This document shows, one piece after another, positions 10,395 through 19,378 of a stretch of 54,775 bases of DNA. This stretch comes from an uncultured bacterium (GTDB lineage: Bacteria > CAYUVA01): NCBI GenBank assembly GCA_964448115.1, contig CAYUVA010000031.1:1-54775 (forward strand). Reading direction: 5' to 3'. Made by a program: the position numbers and the translations under genes. Below the pieces are notes generated by a model. The model made no database searches. It was not told where the DNA came from and worked only from the letters and a program-made list of their open reading frames with translations. The number at the start of each line of letters is the position of its first letter. Within the stretch, counting starts at the first letter, position 1.

Positions 10395-11834
10395 ATGAGA
10401 ATTGTAGTAATTCAAGACAATGGATTGAATGAAAGCCTGGCTCTGACGGAGCTGATATCCTATTTAGAGAAGGAAGGGCATTCATTCTTCCTTTTTTTAG
10501 AGGATGAGGAAAGGAACCTGGAGGATAAAATAAGAACCATTGAACCTGATGTGTTCCTTATCCCTGCTGATATAGGCGGACATCACTGGGCTCATAGAAT
10601 AGCAGCCTGGCTAAAAGCCAGGTTTGATAAAACGGTGATCGCCGGTGGAACATATCCAACATTCTATAGTGAGGTATTACTTAAAGATAACAACTTTGAT
10701 TTTCTCATAGTGGGTGAGGCTGAATTACCATTAAAGACATTACTGGAGCGCCTAGAAACAAGGATTGAACCTGATGGTATTCAAGGAATTTGGTTTAACA
10801 AGGATAATCGAGTGCATAGAACTGGTTATTCTCGTGCGATCGTGGATCTTGACTCCCTACCCCTCCCTCGTCGTGATATCTACTACAAGTATCCCTTTAT
10901 CAGAGATTTCAAGCTGAAAAGATTTGCCACCGGCAGAGGATGCTTCAATAAATGTTCATATTGCTTCAATCCAAAGCTTGCTGCTGGCTATCCGCCAGAG
11001 ATCCCCTATGTGAGAAGAAAATCTGTAGATAAGGTAATCGATGAAATTGCTCATGTCTCCTCAATGGCGCCTATTAAAAGCATTCACTTTTCTGATGATA
11101 TCTTTATTACCAGTAAGAAGTGGTTGCTTGAGTTTGCACAAAAATATCCCCAAAAGGTGGGTATCAAATACTCATGCAATCTGATGCTTGAAAACCTTGA
11201 TATATCCATAATAGATGCTTTGGCTGAATCCGGTTGTCGAGCAGTAGCCATCGGAATAGAGTCTGGATCTGAGGACATCAGAAGACTACTAGGCAGAAGT
11301 TTTACTAATCAAGAAGCTATCAAGATGGCTCACTACCTTAGAAAAAAGGGGATAATGGTTACGAGCTTCAACATGCTCGCCCTACCAGGTGAATCCATAG
11401 ATGATGGACTAGAGACTCTAAGGCTTAATAATCTTATGAAGGTTGGCAATGCACGGGTTAACCTGACTATTCCTTTGCCTGGAACACAATTGGCAGGCTT
11501 TTATGGCGAGCAAGGCGGTGGCGAATTTTTCGAGGAAATATTGAATGTGCCTGATTTTTCCCAAGGAAAGCATTTGAAGCAGATGGCATCAAGTGAACCT
11601 GATTTTCGAAATCTTATGCTTGTTTTTCCGTTTGCTGCCCAACATCCCTGGAGTTTTCAAATTGTTGAAAAGATCTCTCGCAAAAGATATAACTCATTGC
11701 TAGGAATACTGGGATTATTTGCTATTTGGAGGGAAAAGAAATTCTTCCAGATAGATTTATTCTCTGGATTCAGATATTTTCTTCACACAGGTTCACCCTA
11801 TAAACGCTCAAAGAACTTCGCTACCCTGATTTAA
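10395..11834 (+). CDS. Cobalamin-binding radical SAM protein
   Basis: N-terminal B12-binding-like region (IAGGTYPT, GEAE) and TGRGCFNKCSYC (CxxxCxxC). Visibly more AT-rich than its neighbours. Confidence 0.88.
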   Translation: MRIVVIQDNGLNESLALTELISYLEKEGHSFFLFLEDEERNLEDKIRTIEPDVFLIPADIGGHHWAHRIAAWLKARFDKTVIAGGTYPTFYSEVLLKDNNFDFLIVGEAELPLKTLLERLETRIEPDGIQGIWFNKDNRVHRTGYSRAIVDLDSLPLPRRDIYYKYPFIRDFKLKRFATGRGCFNKCSYCFNPKLAAGYPPEIPYVRRKSVDKVIDEIAHVSSMAPIKSIHFSDDIFITSKKWLLEFAQKYPQKVGIKYSCNLMLENLDISIIDALAESGCRAVAIGIESGSEDIRRLLGRSFTNQEAIKMAHYLRKKGIMVTSFNMLALPGESIDDGLETLRLNNLMKVGNARVNLTIPLPGTQLAGFYGEQGGGEFFEEILNVPDFSQGKHLKQMASSEPDFRNLMLVFPFAAQHPWSFQIVEKISRKRYNSLLGILGLFAIWREKKFFQIDLFSGFRYFLHTGSPYKRSKNFATLI

Positions 11835-12052
11835 ATTATCAGATAGCAAAAAATATCTTTAGACAGCAAGGAAAAACCTTATTTATCCTTTCCCTCCATG
11901 ATCTTTTGGAGGTTTTTATTTATATTTAAGAGCTTGCGTTCAAGGCTCCTTTGCCTCAGGGCAAGGTGGAGGATAAAGAGGAATAAAGCCGCCCAAAACA
12001 GGATGTATGCTATGATAAAGTATGTCATAAGCGCTGAATCCCAAATTTTATG

Positions 12053-14008
12053 CTAGAACTCGATCTCCAGGTAGGGGAATACATTGGACTGATTGCCGCT
12101 TTTATCATAGGCGACCACCTCGAGTAGATAGTTCCCAGCCAAGCCAGCCAAGTCATCAGCGGTTAAATCCACCTGCATTCCATAGACCCCATCATAGGCT
12201 GCAAAGTCCCCGCTTAAGCCGTTATCGAGCAGCAAAGCACCGCTACCCTGTCCATTGATATGTATCTCGACCCGGGCGATATCTGTCAATCCATCCGGAT
12301 CCTGCACATAGACCACCATGTTGAAGCGACCCGGCTGTCCCTCGACCAGGTTGGTATTATAATATCCGCCCATGCGTATGATAGGGGCTTTCAGCGCCTG
12401 GCGCGGGTTGCCTGCCTGGCTTACCACCCTTGAAGCAATTATCTCCCAGCTTATTGGCTCTATTGCCTCGGCGCTCTGGTAGGAAGCAGTGGCAGGAAAG
12501 ATGGTAAGGTAAGGCCAGGTCATGCTCCTGTAGTCATACTCATCGGTGGCGACCAGCTCCAGGGTCATGGTTCCCATCGGCAGTCCCGGCGATACCGGCA
12601 CCGACTGCATCCAGTAAAGCCCATCGGAGATCTTGGGTAGCATAACCCCGGTGGCAGCGCCCTGGTAGTATATCTCGATCCCCTTCAGGTCATCGCCATC
12701 CGGATCGCCCGCCCAGGCTATCATCTCGAAGTTACCTCCGTAGTTGGTCGAGAGCCTTGTATCCAGGTAGCCCGCCATGTAGATGAACGGCTTTTGGCTC
12801 GGCACGGTTGGCGTGGGCGTATTAGTTGCGGTTGGTGTCTCGGTCGGCAAGGGCGTATCTGTAGGGGTCGGCGTATCGGTCGGGGTGGCGGTCGGGGTCG
12901 CATTGGAGAAGACATACATGTTGTTATTGAAGCAGCCTATGTAAAGCCTACCCTGGTTATCAATAGCCGGCGATGAGCGGATAACCGAGCCAAGCTGATA
13001 AGTCCAGTCGATAAGTCCCTCGTTGTTGACCTTATAAATATATCCATCATCCGCTCCGACATAGACATTATAATCCGGTCCAACAATTGGCGATGAACGG
13101 ATTACTGTCGTTCTGATCGCTGTATATTTTCTCCTCCCGCTTTTCCTGATGCAGAGCAGCCCGTAATCGCTAGCGGCAACGATATCGCCATTGGGCAAAA
13201 GCGCCGGCGATGTAGAATCAACCACGCCACCAAGGTCGTAAGTCCAATCGATAGTCCCATCCGAGTTCAGCGCGTACAACAGGTCGTCTCCGGAGCCAAA
13301 GTATATCTTGCCCTCCTCTGAAATGGTCGGTGAGGATTTTACCGCGCCGCCAGTGGTAATGCTCCACAGCAGCCCGCCCCACTGGTCGAGCGCATATACC
13401 TTGCCATCCTCGGAGCCAAATACGATGGTATCAAAGGTCGCCTCTGGCATGAGGCTCGGCGAGGACTCTATCATGCCGCCGGTCATGTATCGCCACAAGA
13501 ATGAGCCCGCATTATCGACCGCTACCAGGTCGTATCCCTGGGTGCCGATATAGACATTTCCGCTGGCTCCTATGGCTGGTGAGGAGTTGCTTATCCCAGC
13601 GCCGGTCTGGAAGCTCCAGCGCAGTGTGCCATCGCTGTTTAAGCAATAGAGCTTGCCATCCATGCTGCCCAAGTAGATGTTGCCCTCCTCGTCCAGGGAG
13701 ACAGCGGAGTCTATCTCTCCATCGGTGCGGAAGATGAACTTCAGGGAGCCGTCCTGGTTCAAAGCCCAAAGCTCCCCCTCGAATGAGCCGATATATATGG
13801 TGCCATCAGGGGCAATTATCGGCGAGGCGTTGATGATCGGTCCTAAACTCACCCGCCAATCAAGGGCGAGATTTGCCGGACCTGCCACCTCGCTCAAGCC
13901 CTGCCGCTGGTAATTGCCCTGAAATGTGCCCCATTGCTCCAGTGCGTATATGGCAGGGCACACCCCGAGTAGTATGCTCAATGTGATGATAACCATGTAT
14001 TTCTTCAT
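12053..14008 (-). CDS. Secreted PQQ-like beta-propeller protein with Thr/Pro linker and two C-terminal GY/WPYL modules
   Basis: Signal peptide; repeated SSPA...G.IY.GS.DG.LYAL..DG...W blades; TPTATPTDTPT linker. Confidence 0.88.
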   Translation of the reverse strand: MKKYMVIITLSILLGVCPAIYALEQWGTFQGNYQRQGLSEVAGPANLALDWRVSLGPIINASPIIAPDGTIYIGSFEGELWALNQDGSLKFIFRTDGEIDSAVSLDEEGNIYLGSMDGKLYCLNSDGTLRWSFQTGAGISNSSPAIGASGNVYIGTQGYDLVAVDNAGSFLWRYMTGGMIESSPSLMPEATFDTIVFGSEDGKVYALDQWGGLLWSITTGGAVKSSPTISEEGKIYFGSGDDLLYALNSDGTIDWTYDLGGVVDSTSPALLPNGDIVAASDYGLLCIRKSGRRKYTAIRTTVIRSSPIVGPDYNVYVGADDGYIYKVNNEGLIDWTYQLGSVIRSSPAIDNQGRLYIGCFNNNMYVFSNATPTATPTDTPTPTDTPLPTETPTATNTPTPTVPSQKPFIYMAGYLDTRLSTNYGGNFEMIAWAGDPDGDDLKGIEIYYQGAATGVMLPKISDGLYWMQSVPVSPGLPMGTMTLELVATDEYDYRSMTWPYLTIFPATASYQSAEAIEPISWEIIASRVVSQAGNPRQALKAPIIRMGGYYNTNLVEGQPGRFNMVVYVQDPDGLTDIARVEIHINGQGSGALLLDNGLSGDFAAYDGVYGMQVDLTADDLAGLAGNYLLEVVAYDKSGNQSNVFPYLEIEF

Positions 14009-14096
14009 CTAAAAGCCCCCCTGGAACTTATCAGTATGAAACACCATTAGTCCTTGCTTATGTTGACATACTTCATCTATTATATCAACAGCATTT

Positions 14097-16967
14097 ATGA
14101 AAATACAAGGTTTTATATCAATAGCCCTCATCACCCTGATCGCCTTATTGATACGACTCCCTTACCTGCTTGAGATCCCCTATTTCATGGAGTTCAACGA
14201 GACCGATATAGCGATGCAGATCGCCAGCGGCGAAAGGTTCCCCCTGACCAACCACAGCGCCTACTTCGGCGCCAGCTTCAATTACTACATTGCGCTCGGA
14301 TTTTTCATTTTCGGCTTTCACTACTGGGTGCCGAGGGTTCTCACCCTTATCATCGCGCTTGTATGCATCCCGCTCACCTACCTGTTAGGCAAGGAGGCTG
14401 CCGCCTCGAAGCACGCGGGGCTTATCGCCTCGCTGTTTATGGCGCTTAGCTTCTATCATATCTTCAGAAACAGCCACTTTGCCTGGACGAATAGCACAAC
14501 GCCGACCCTTTGCGTATTGACATGGTGGCTTTTTGCCAATGCATTGCGCAGCGGCAAGGCTGTAACCTTGCTCCTATGCGGGATCGCCTATGGGCTTGCC
14601 CTGCAGAGCCATATACTGGTGGCTGTTTTAGCCCCACCAATGGCAGCGACGATATGTATCGAGCTGCTCAAGGGGAGAATTTCATCATGGCGCATGGGGC
14701 TAAGAAGCGTTGCTTTCATCTTTGTCGGCGGAATCATCGGCTATCTCAATATGATCATATACAACATCAAAGTCCCCCTGGGAAGCATAAAATACGGGCT
14801 GATGTATCCCAAGTACGCAACCGGGGTGGAGAAGGGGTACCTTACCGCACTATCCGAGGAGCTTATTCTGCTGGTTCGGCTGCTGGCTGGATTGTTCAGC
14901 GATGGTGGCTCAAAGCTTCATTACATCGCACACCCCATATCTATCCTTTTCGTTATCTCTGTTCTCCTAGGCGGTGGACTGCTGTTTAGAAATGAAAGAT
15001 CCCTGGTGCCCATGAGCCTTTTGGCAGGCATCCTGCTAATCCCAATCATCAACAAGGCTTACGACTTCATCAACCTGGGCAGGTACCTTATTTTTCTGCT
15101 TCCGCTTTGTTACATATCATGCGGAGCGCTTTTTTGGCAGCTTTTATTATGGATTGATGCCCGCTGTCCGAAGGATGCCATGAGGATTGCTGCCTATTCC
15201 AGCCTGGTAATGCTGCTTGTAATAATGCTTGTCTATCCGGTGAGGCAGTTGTTCGCCTATTATGAGCATGCGCTCAAGGATGGCGAGAACAGCGTTGCCT
15301 TCGTCGAGCTGCTCGACATCATTCACGCCGCGACCGATGACAAGAATAAGACCTTGCTGCTTTTAGATGGTGCCCTCTTTTCCAGCCACTATCTTCTTAG
15401 CACCATGGCCATGGACGGATATTCTGTCTCTTATCTTGAGCCGGGCTACACCCCGCGCAAGGATTTGCATCTCGATTACAAGCGAGCCGAGAGTTTCATC
15501 GCCGACTGCCGAAGAAATTTCCCAGAGCATAGGATAATCTGCGTGCTATCGCCGCTCAATGCCCGGCACTTCGTAACCTACCACCCCATAACAAAAGCGC
15601 TAGGCACCATAAGCCATTATGTAGATAAAATCCCTTATAACGCCTTTTGCGCATTCATCCTTTGCACAAAGAGGGATCCCGAAGTGCTACAAGGGGATCT
15701 ACCCCTGGTAGCTGCCAGCGAGTTCGATAAGCTTCACCTGAACACCTTTGAGCTTTTCGCCCCATCTTTGCGCATCCACAACCTGAAGCTCGATTTCTTT
15801 CCCCCCAATTATGTCTTCGCCATCTGGCAGCAAGGGGAAGATAATCAGCTATACTACTCGCGCATAATCAACTATGCCCCATCGCAGGTGTTTGATCTAG
15901 GCGAGATCCGGCTCGACAAATATACATTCAAGACCATGGAGCCGGGAAGGTTCGCGCTTGCATTTGCAAACAGGAGCGGCTCAGAAGACCTGCAACTTTG
16001 TTTTACAACCCTCCCAATCGAGAAGAACAAAAAGCCGATCCTGCTTCAACAGGCAAAGATGCCCAGTGCCTATTCGCTCGATATCGCCCACAACCATAAC
16101 CTTTTTACAATAGCCTTATTGGAATACCAGGATGAATTAACCTTGAATATATTCCAGGTTGATCATGGCGGCATCATCGAACAGTGGAGTTACCCGCTAA
16201 GCCTGGAAAAGATGAATCGAAAAGAAATATCCAGCCTCAAGGTAAGTATAAACTCCAGCGAGTGGTGCACCATCGGGTATGATCACCGAGGGACAGGGTT
16301 TATTGTTCAATACAACCTGGCTACCCAAGGGGCAACCAGGAAATACACCATAGATGATGGTTTCTCAGGTATCGATTGTCTAAGCCTGGAAGGTGATGAT
16401 ATCCATGCGGTAATGCAACTTGGAGGAAGGCTATATTACCAGGATGACCTGTTTGGGGAGTTGAGTCATAAGCGACAGCTCGTTTTGAGCTACCAGGATA
16501 TTGCCCATAATCCTTATGCCAGCCTAGAATCGCAGATGGAATTCGATGTCGAGGTCGATGACGGCGGGTACCTGCATATAGCCATCCAGTCGGGAAATAG
16601 GTGGTCTTATGGTGTTAGTCGTATGAGCCTTGACTCACCGAGAATCAGGCTGCAAGCCAGCATCTATGACCTCAAGCGGGGAGAGTTGACCATAAGTGCC
16701 AAGAATCCCGGCGAGGCGATCGACGCTCAGCTTTGGCTTGTACATAAGAATCAAACCAGTGGAGAGGTGCATTATTACCCCTCATGGAGCACAAGCCCGC
16801 ATAGTGTATCCATTCAATTACCCGCTTCCCTGGAATTGATCGGGCAGAAGATGCCCTTTTCGCCCGCTTTATTGCACCAGGAGGGTATATCACGGTTCAC
16901 CGCCTTTTTATCGATGAAAGGAAGCTTATATCCTCTATCATTCGTTGAATACCTAACGGTTCCCTGA
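14097..16967 (+). CDS. GT39/ArnT/PMT-like membrane glycosyltransferase with a large extracytoplasmic C-terminal region
   Basis: About 12 hydrophobic segments, ArnT-like motifs (RLPYL, NE, PRV, GLALQSH) and a soluble C-terminal half. Confidence 0.7.
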   Translation: MKIQGFISIALITLIALLIRLPYLLEIPYFMEFNETDIAMQIASGERFPLTNHSAYFGASFNYYIALGFFIFGFHYWVPRVLTLIIALVCIPLTYLLGKEAAASKHAGLIASLFMALSFYHIFRNSHFAWTNSTTPTLCVLTWWLFANALRSGKAVTLLLCGIAYGLALQSHILVAVLAPPMAATICIELLKGRISSWRMGLRSVAFIFVGGIIGYLNMIIYNIKVPLGSIKYGLMYPKYATGVEKGYLTALSEELILLVRLLAGLFSDGGSKLHYIAHPISILFVISVLLGGGLLFRNERSLVPMSLLAGILLIPIINKAYDFINLGRYLIFLLPLCYISCGALFWQLLLWIDARCPKDAMRIAAYSSLVMLLVIMLVYPVRQLFAYYEHALKDGENSVAFVELLDIIHAATDDKNKTLLLLDGALFSSHYLLSTMAMDGYSVSYLEPGYTPRKDLHLDYKRAESFIADCRRNFPEHRIICVLSPLNARHFVTYHPITKALGTISHYVDKIPYNAFCAFILCTKRDPEVLQGDLPLVAASEFDKLHLNTFELFAPSLRIHNLKLDFFPPNYVFAIWQQGEDNQLYYSRIINYAPSQVFDLGEIRLDKYTFKTMEPGRFALAFANRSGSEDLQLCFTTLPIEKNKKPILLQQAKMPSAYSLDIAHNHNLFTIALLEYQDELTLNIFQVDHGGIIEQWSYPLSLEKMNRKEISSLKVSINSSEWCTIGYDHRGTGFIVQYNLATQGATRKYTIDDGFSGIDCLSLEGDDIHAVMQLGGRLYYQDDLFGELSHKRQLVLSYQDIAHNPYASLESQMEFDVEVDDGGYLHIAIQSGNRWSYGVSRMSLDSPRIRLQASIYDLKRGELTISAKNPGEAIDAQLWLVHKNQTSGEVHYYPSWSTSPHSVSIQLPASLELIGQKMPFSPALLHQEGISRFTAFLSMKGSLYPLSFVEYLTVP

Positions 16968-16987
16968 GATAACCTCTGTTGGGCTTA

Positions 16988-17701
16988 TCAATCCTCTCGT
17001 TGCCTTGCTTTTAATACCTCGGACAGTAAGAGGTTCTCCATCTCTAGCTCATTGATGATCGTATCAACAAGCCTAAGATCCTCGATATCCTCATCACGAT
17101 AGTGGGTATCGGTACCGATGGAGATCACGACCCCCTGCTCCCTCAGTGCGGTCAGAAGTCCACGGTGTGCCCTCCAATTATGATGATACGACGAGTTCAG
17201 CTCGAAGAATATCCGATTCTCAACCAGCAGTCGTGCCAAACCCTCTGCACCCTTTTTTCGATGTATCCAGTTGAGGTCAGGGTGCGCCAAGCCTACCATC
17301 GGTCTTATTTCATCCCTTACTGCAATAAGGTCTTCCAGGCTCCAGGAGTCGATTACATACTCCTCGACATACTCGAAGAGCACCAGGTCTAGCATATCGA
17401 TCAGACGATCGGGGAAGAACTCGTCAATGTAAGGCGAATGGCTTCGTATGGAGTCAATCTCAATTCCCCAATAGACATCGATATCATTCTTGAATCGATC
17501 TTTCATCATTGCGCCTTTTTTTATGTATGCTTCGAGCTTTGATAGCCTAAGCGAAGGGCACTTGCTGGTTTGCAGATGGTCTGTTATCGCCACCGCTTCC
17601 AAGCCATAGCCTATGGAAAGCTCGATGATCCTTTCCGGGCTTAGATCTCCATCCGAGTAAGTGGTGTGATTATGCAAGTTGGACATTACTCCCGGTCTCA
17701 C
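16988..17701 (-). CDS. PHP-domain phosphoesterase
   Basis: NLHNHTTYSDG, AITDH, GIE, LAHP and GTDTH metal-binding motifs. Confidence 0.9.
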   Translation of the reverse strand: MRPGVMSNLHNHTTYSDGDLSPERIIELSIGYGLEAVAITDHLQTSKCPSLRLSKLEAYIKKGAMMKDRFKNDIDVYWGIEIDSIRSHSPYIDEFFPDRLIDMLDLVLFEYVEEYVIDSWSLEDLIAVRDEIRPMVGLAHPDLNWIHRKKGAEGLARLLVENRIFFELNSSYHHNWRAHRGLLTALREQGVVISIGTDTHYRDEDIEDLRLVDTIINELEMENLLLSEVLKARQRED

Positions 17702-19026
17702 TTTACGATCACCGTTCTTGCCAGGCGCATCCCCAGGTTGTTGGCTTCATAGTTCGGATCAGCGTAATGTCGATTGGCGCTGCGACAGTATCCCGCACAG
17801 CCGTTCCACATTCCCCCTCGCTGCACCTTGAACTGTCCCTGCAAGGGTCCAACCGGGTCGATCACATGCCCGCTCGGATAATTATCATACCAGTCCCAGC
17901 AGTGCTCCCAGACATTGCCCAGCATATCGTATAATCCCCAATCGTTCTCCCATTTAAGCCCCACTGGGGAGGTGCGGCTGCTGTTCCACCAGTACCAGGC
18001 TATAGTTGCAAGGTTGGGATCCTCATCGCAGCCCAAGTTGTCTCCGTTGTAGTAAGCGGTCTGAGTGCCTGCACGACAGGCGTTCTCCCACTCGGCTTCG
18101 GTAGGAAGTCGATAGCCATCTGCGCTAGTATTCCAGATAACCGTCGAGCCTTGTATGGTATAGCATTGCTCCAAGCCCTGGTTGACCGAAAGCGCATTGC
18201 AGAACTCAACAGCATCGTACCAGCTTATATTCTCCACCGGCCTTTGAGGATCATCGTCGAAATAGCTCGGATTATCGCCCATGATCGATACCCAAAGCTG
18301 CTGGGTGGTCTCATAGATTGCGATGAAATAGGGCTTGGTCAAGGTAACCAGGTGCCTATCCTCGTCCCCCTCGCGGCAATATTCATCAGGGGGGCTGCCT
18401 CGATAGAACTGGGTGGGCATACAAAGAACGAAGCCAGCCGGCGGCGTAATGGTGCCGCTGAAGGTGGCGGTTGGAGTCGGCGTGCAGGTAGGGGTACTGG
18501 TCTTGTAGCCACCGGTGGGGGTAGCGGTGAATGTGGGGTATCTCGTGTGCGTTGCAGTGGGACTGTTTAGCGCGGTAGGAGTGCTGGTCGGCGTTGATGT
18601 CGGCAGCACAGGCGTCGGGGTAGGGGGATTGATCGTCTGGTTTACTCGAAGAAATGGCCAGTAATAATTAAAAGCGCTCGCTCCCGGATGCGCCAGAAGC
18701 TGGATGAGGTGACTGCTTGGTTGAAAGCCAGAGCGTATCCATGTCGGGCTGAACTGGTAGATGCCCTCCTGTTGGTCTATGCACTCAAGGTAGATGCCGG
18801 TAGGGGTGCCGTAATAAAGCTCCACCAGGGTATCTTCATCAGCACCAGGGACAATGGCGAGCATCTCGAACCAGCCGCCCTGGTAATATGTGATACGAGT
18901 GCCCATGTAGCCGGCAGCATAGACCGGAATGCTGCCAGCGAAACTGGCTGATGGAGCAGCAGCCCAAACCATCAGACATAGGCAAGCCATAGACAGGTTT
19001 TCTAGGCAACCGATCGAAGTTCTCAT
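17698..19026 (-). CDS. Secreted formylglycine-generating-enzyme (SUMF1/FGE-sulfatase) domain protein with N-terminal GY/WPFL module and Thr/Pro linker
   Basis: RPVENISWYDAVEFCN, YRLPTEAEWE, NDWGLYDMLGNVWEHC, RGG and GMRLAR. Confidence 0.9.
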   Translation of the reverse strand: MRTSIGCLENLSMACLCLMVWAAAPSASFAGSIPVYAAGYMGTRITYYQGGWFEMLAIVPGADEDTLVELYYGTPTGIYLECIDQQEGIYQFSPTWIRSGFQPSSHLIQLLAHPGASAFNYYWPFLRVNQTINPPTPTPVLPTSTPTSTPTALNSPTATHTRYPTFTATPTGGYKTSTPTCTPTPTATFSGTITPPAGFVLCMPTQFYRGSPPDEYCREGDEDRHLVTLTKPYFIAIYETTQQLWVSIMGDNPSYFDDDPQRPVENISWYDAVEFCNALSVNQGLEQCYTIQGSTVIWNTSADGYRLPTEAEWENACRAGTQTAYYNGDNLGCDEDPNLATIAWYWWNSSRTSPVGLKWENDWGLYDMLGNVWEHCWDWYDNYPSGHVIDPVGPLQGQFKVQRGGMWNGCAGYCRSANRHYADPNYEANNLGMRLARTVIVK

Positions 19027-19027
19027 C

Positions 19028-19363
19028 TTAGACCCCTATCGAGATATATTTCACCTCGTAGTATTCCTCCAAGCCTTGCCTCCAGCCCTCTCTCCCCATG
19101 CCGCTGTTCTTCATTCCGCCAAATGGGCATTGTGCAGCAGCCGGAGAGCAGTCGTTGATGCCGATGATCCCTGCCTCTAGCTCCTCGGCTGCGGTGATGG
19201 CAAGGCGCAGGTCGCTGGTCAAGATATTTCACGACCGCCAACGAGCCGGTGAAGCTTATCTTGGAAGCCCTGTCATCATCCGAGAGAGCCTCGGAGATGC
19301 GCTGTGGAATCCTGATGACCATGTTCCATCAATATATTGCCCTCTTCTGTCCATCGCGCTCAT
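19028..19363 (-). pseudogene. Aldehyde dehydrogenase (GabD/SSADH-like) pseudogene with two large internal deletions
   Basis: RBS AAGGAG and ATG 19363 give MSAMDRRGQYIDGTW; a second frame gives SKISFTGSLAVVKYL; a third gives TSDL...LEAGIIGIND...PFGGMKNSGMGREG...EYYEVKYI*. Confidence 0.85.
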
Positions 19364-19378
19364 AGTCGTTGAAACTCC

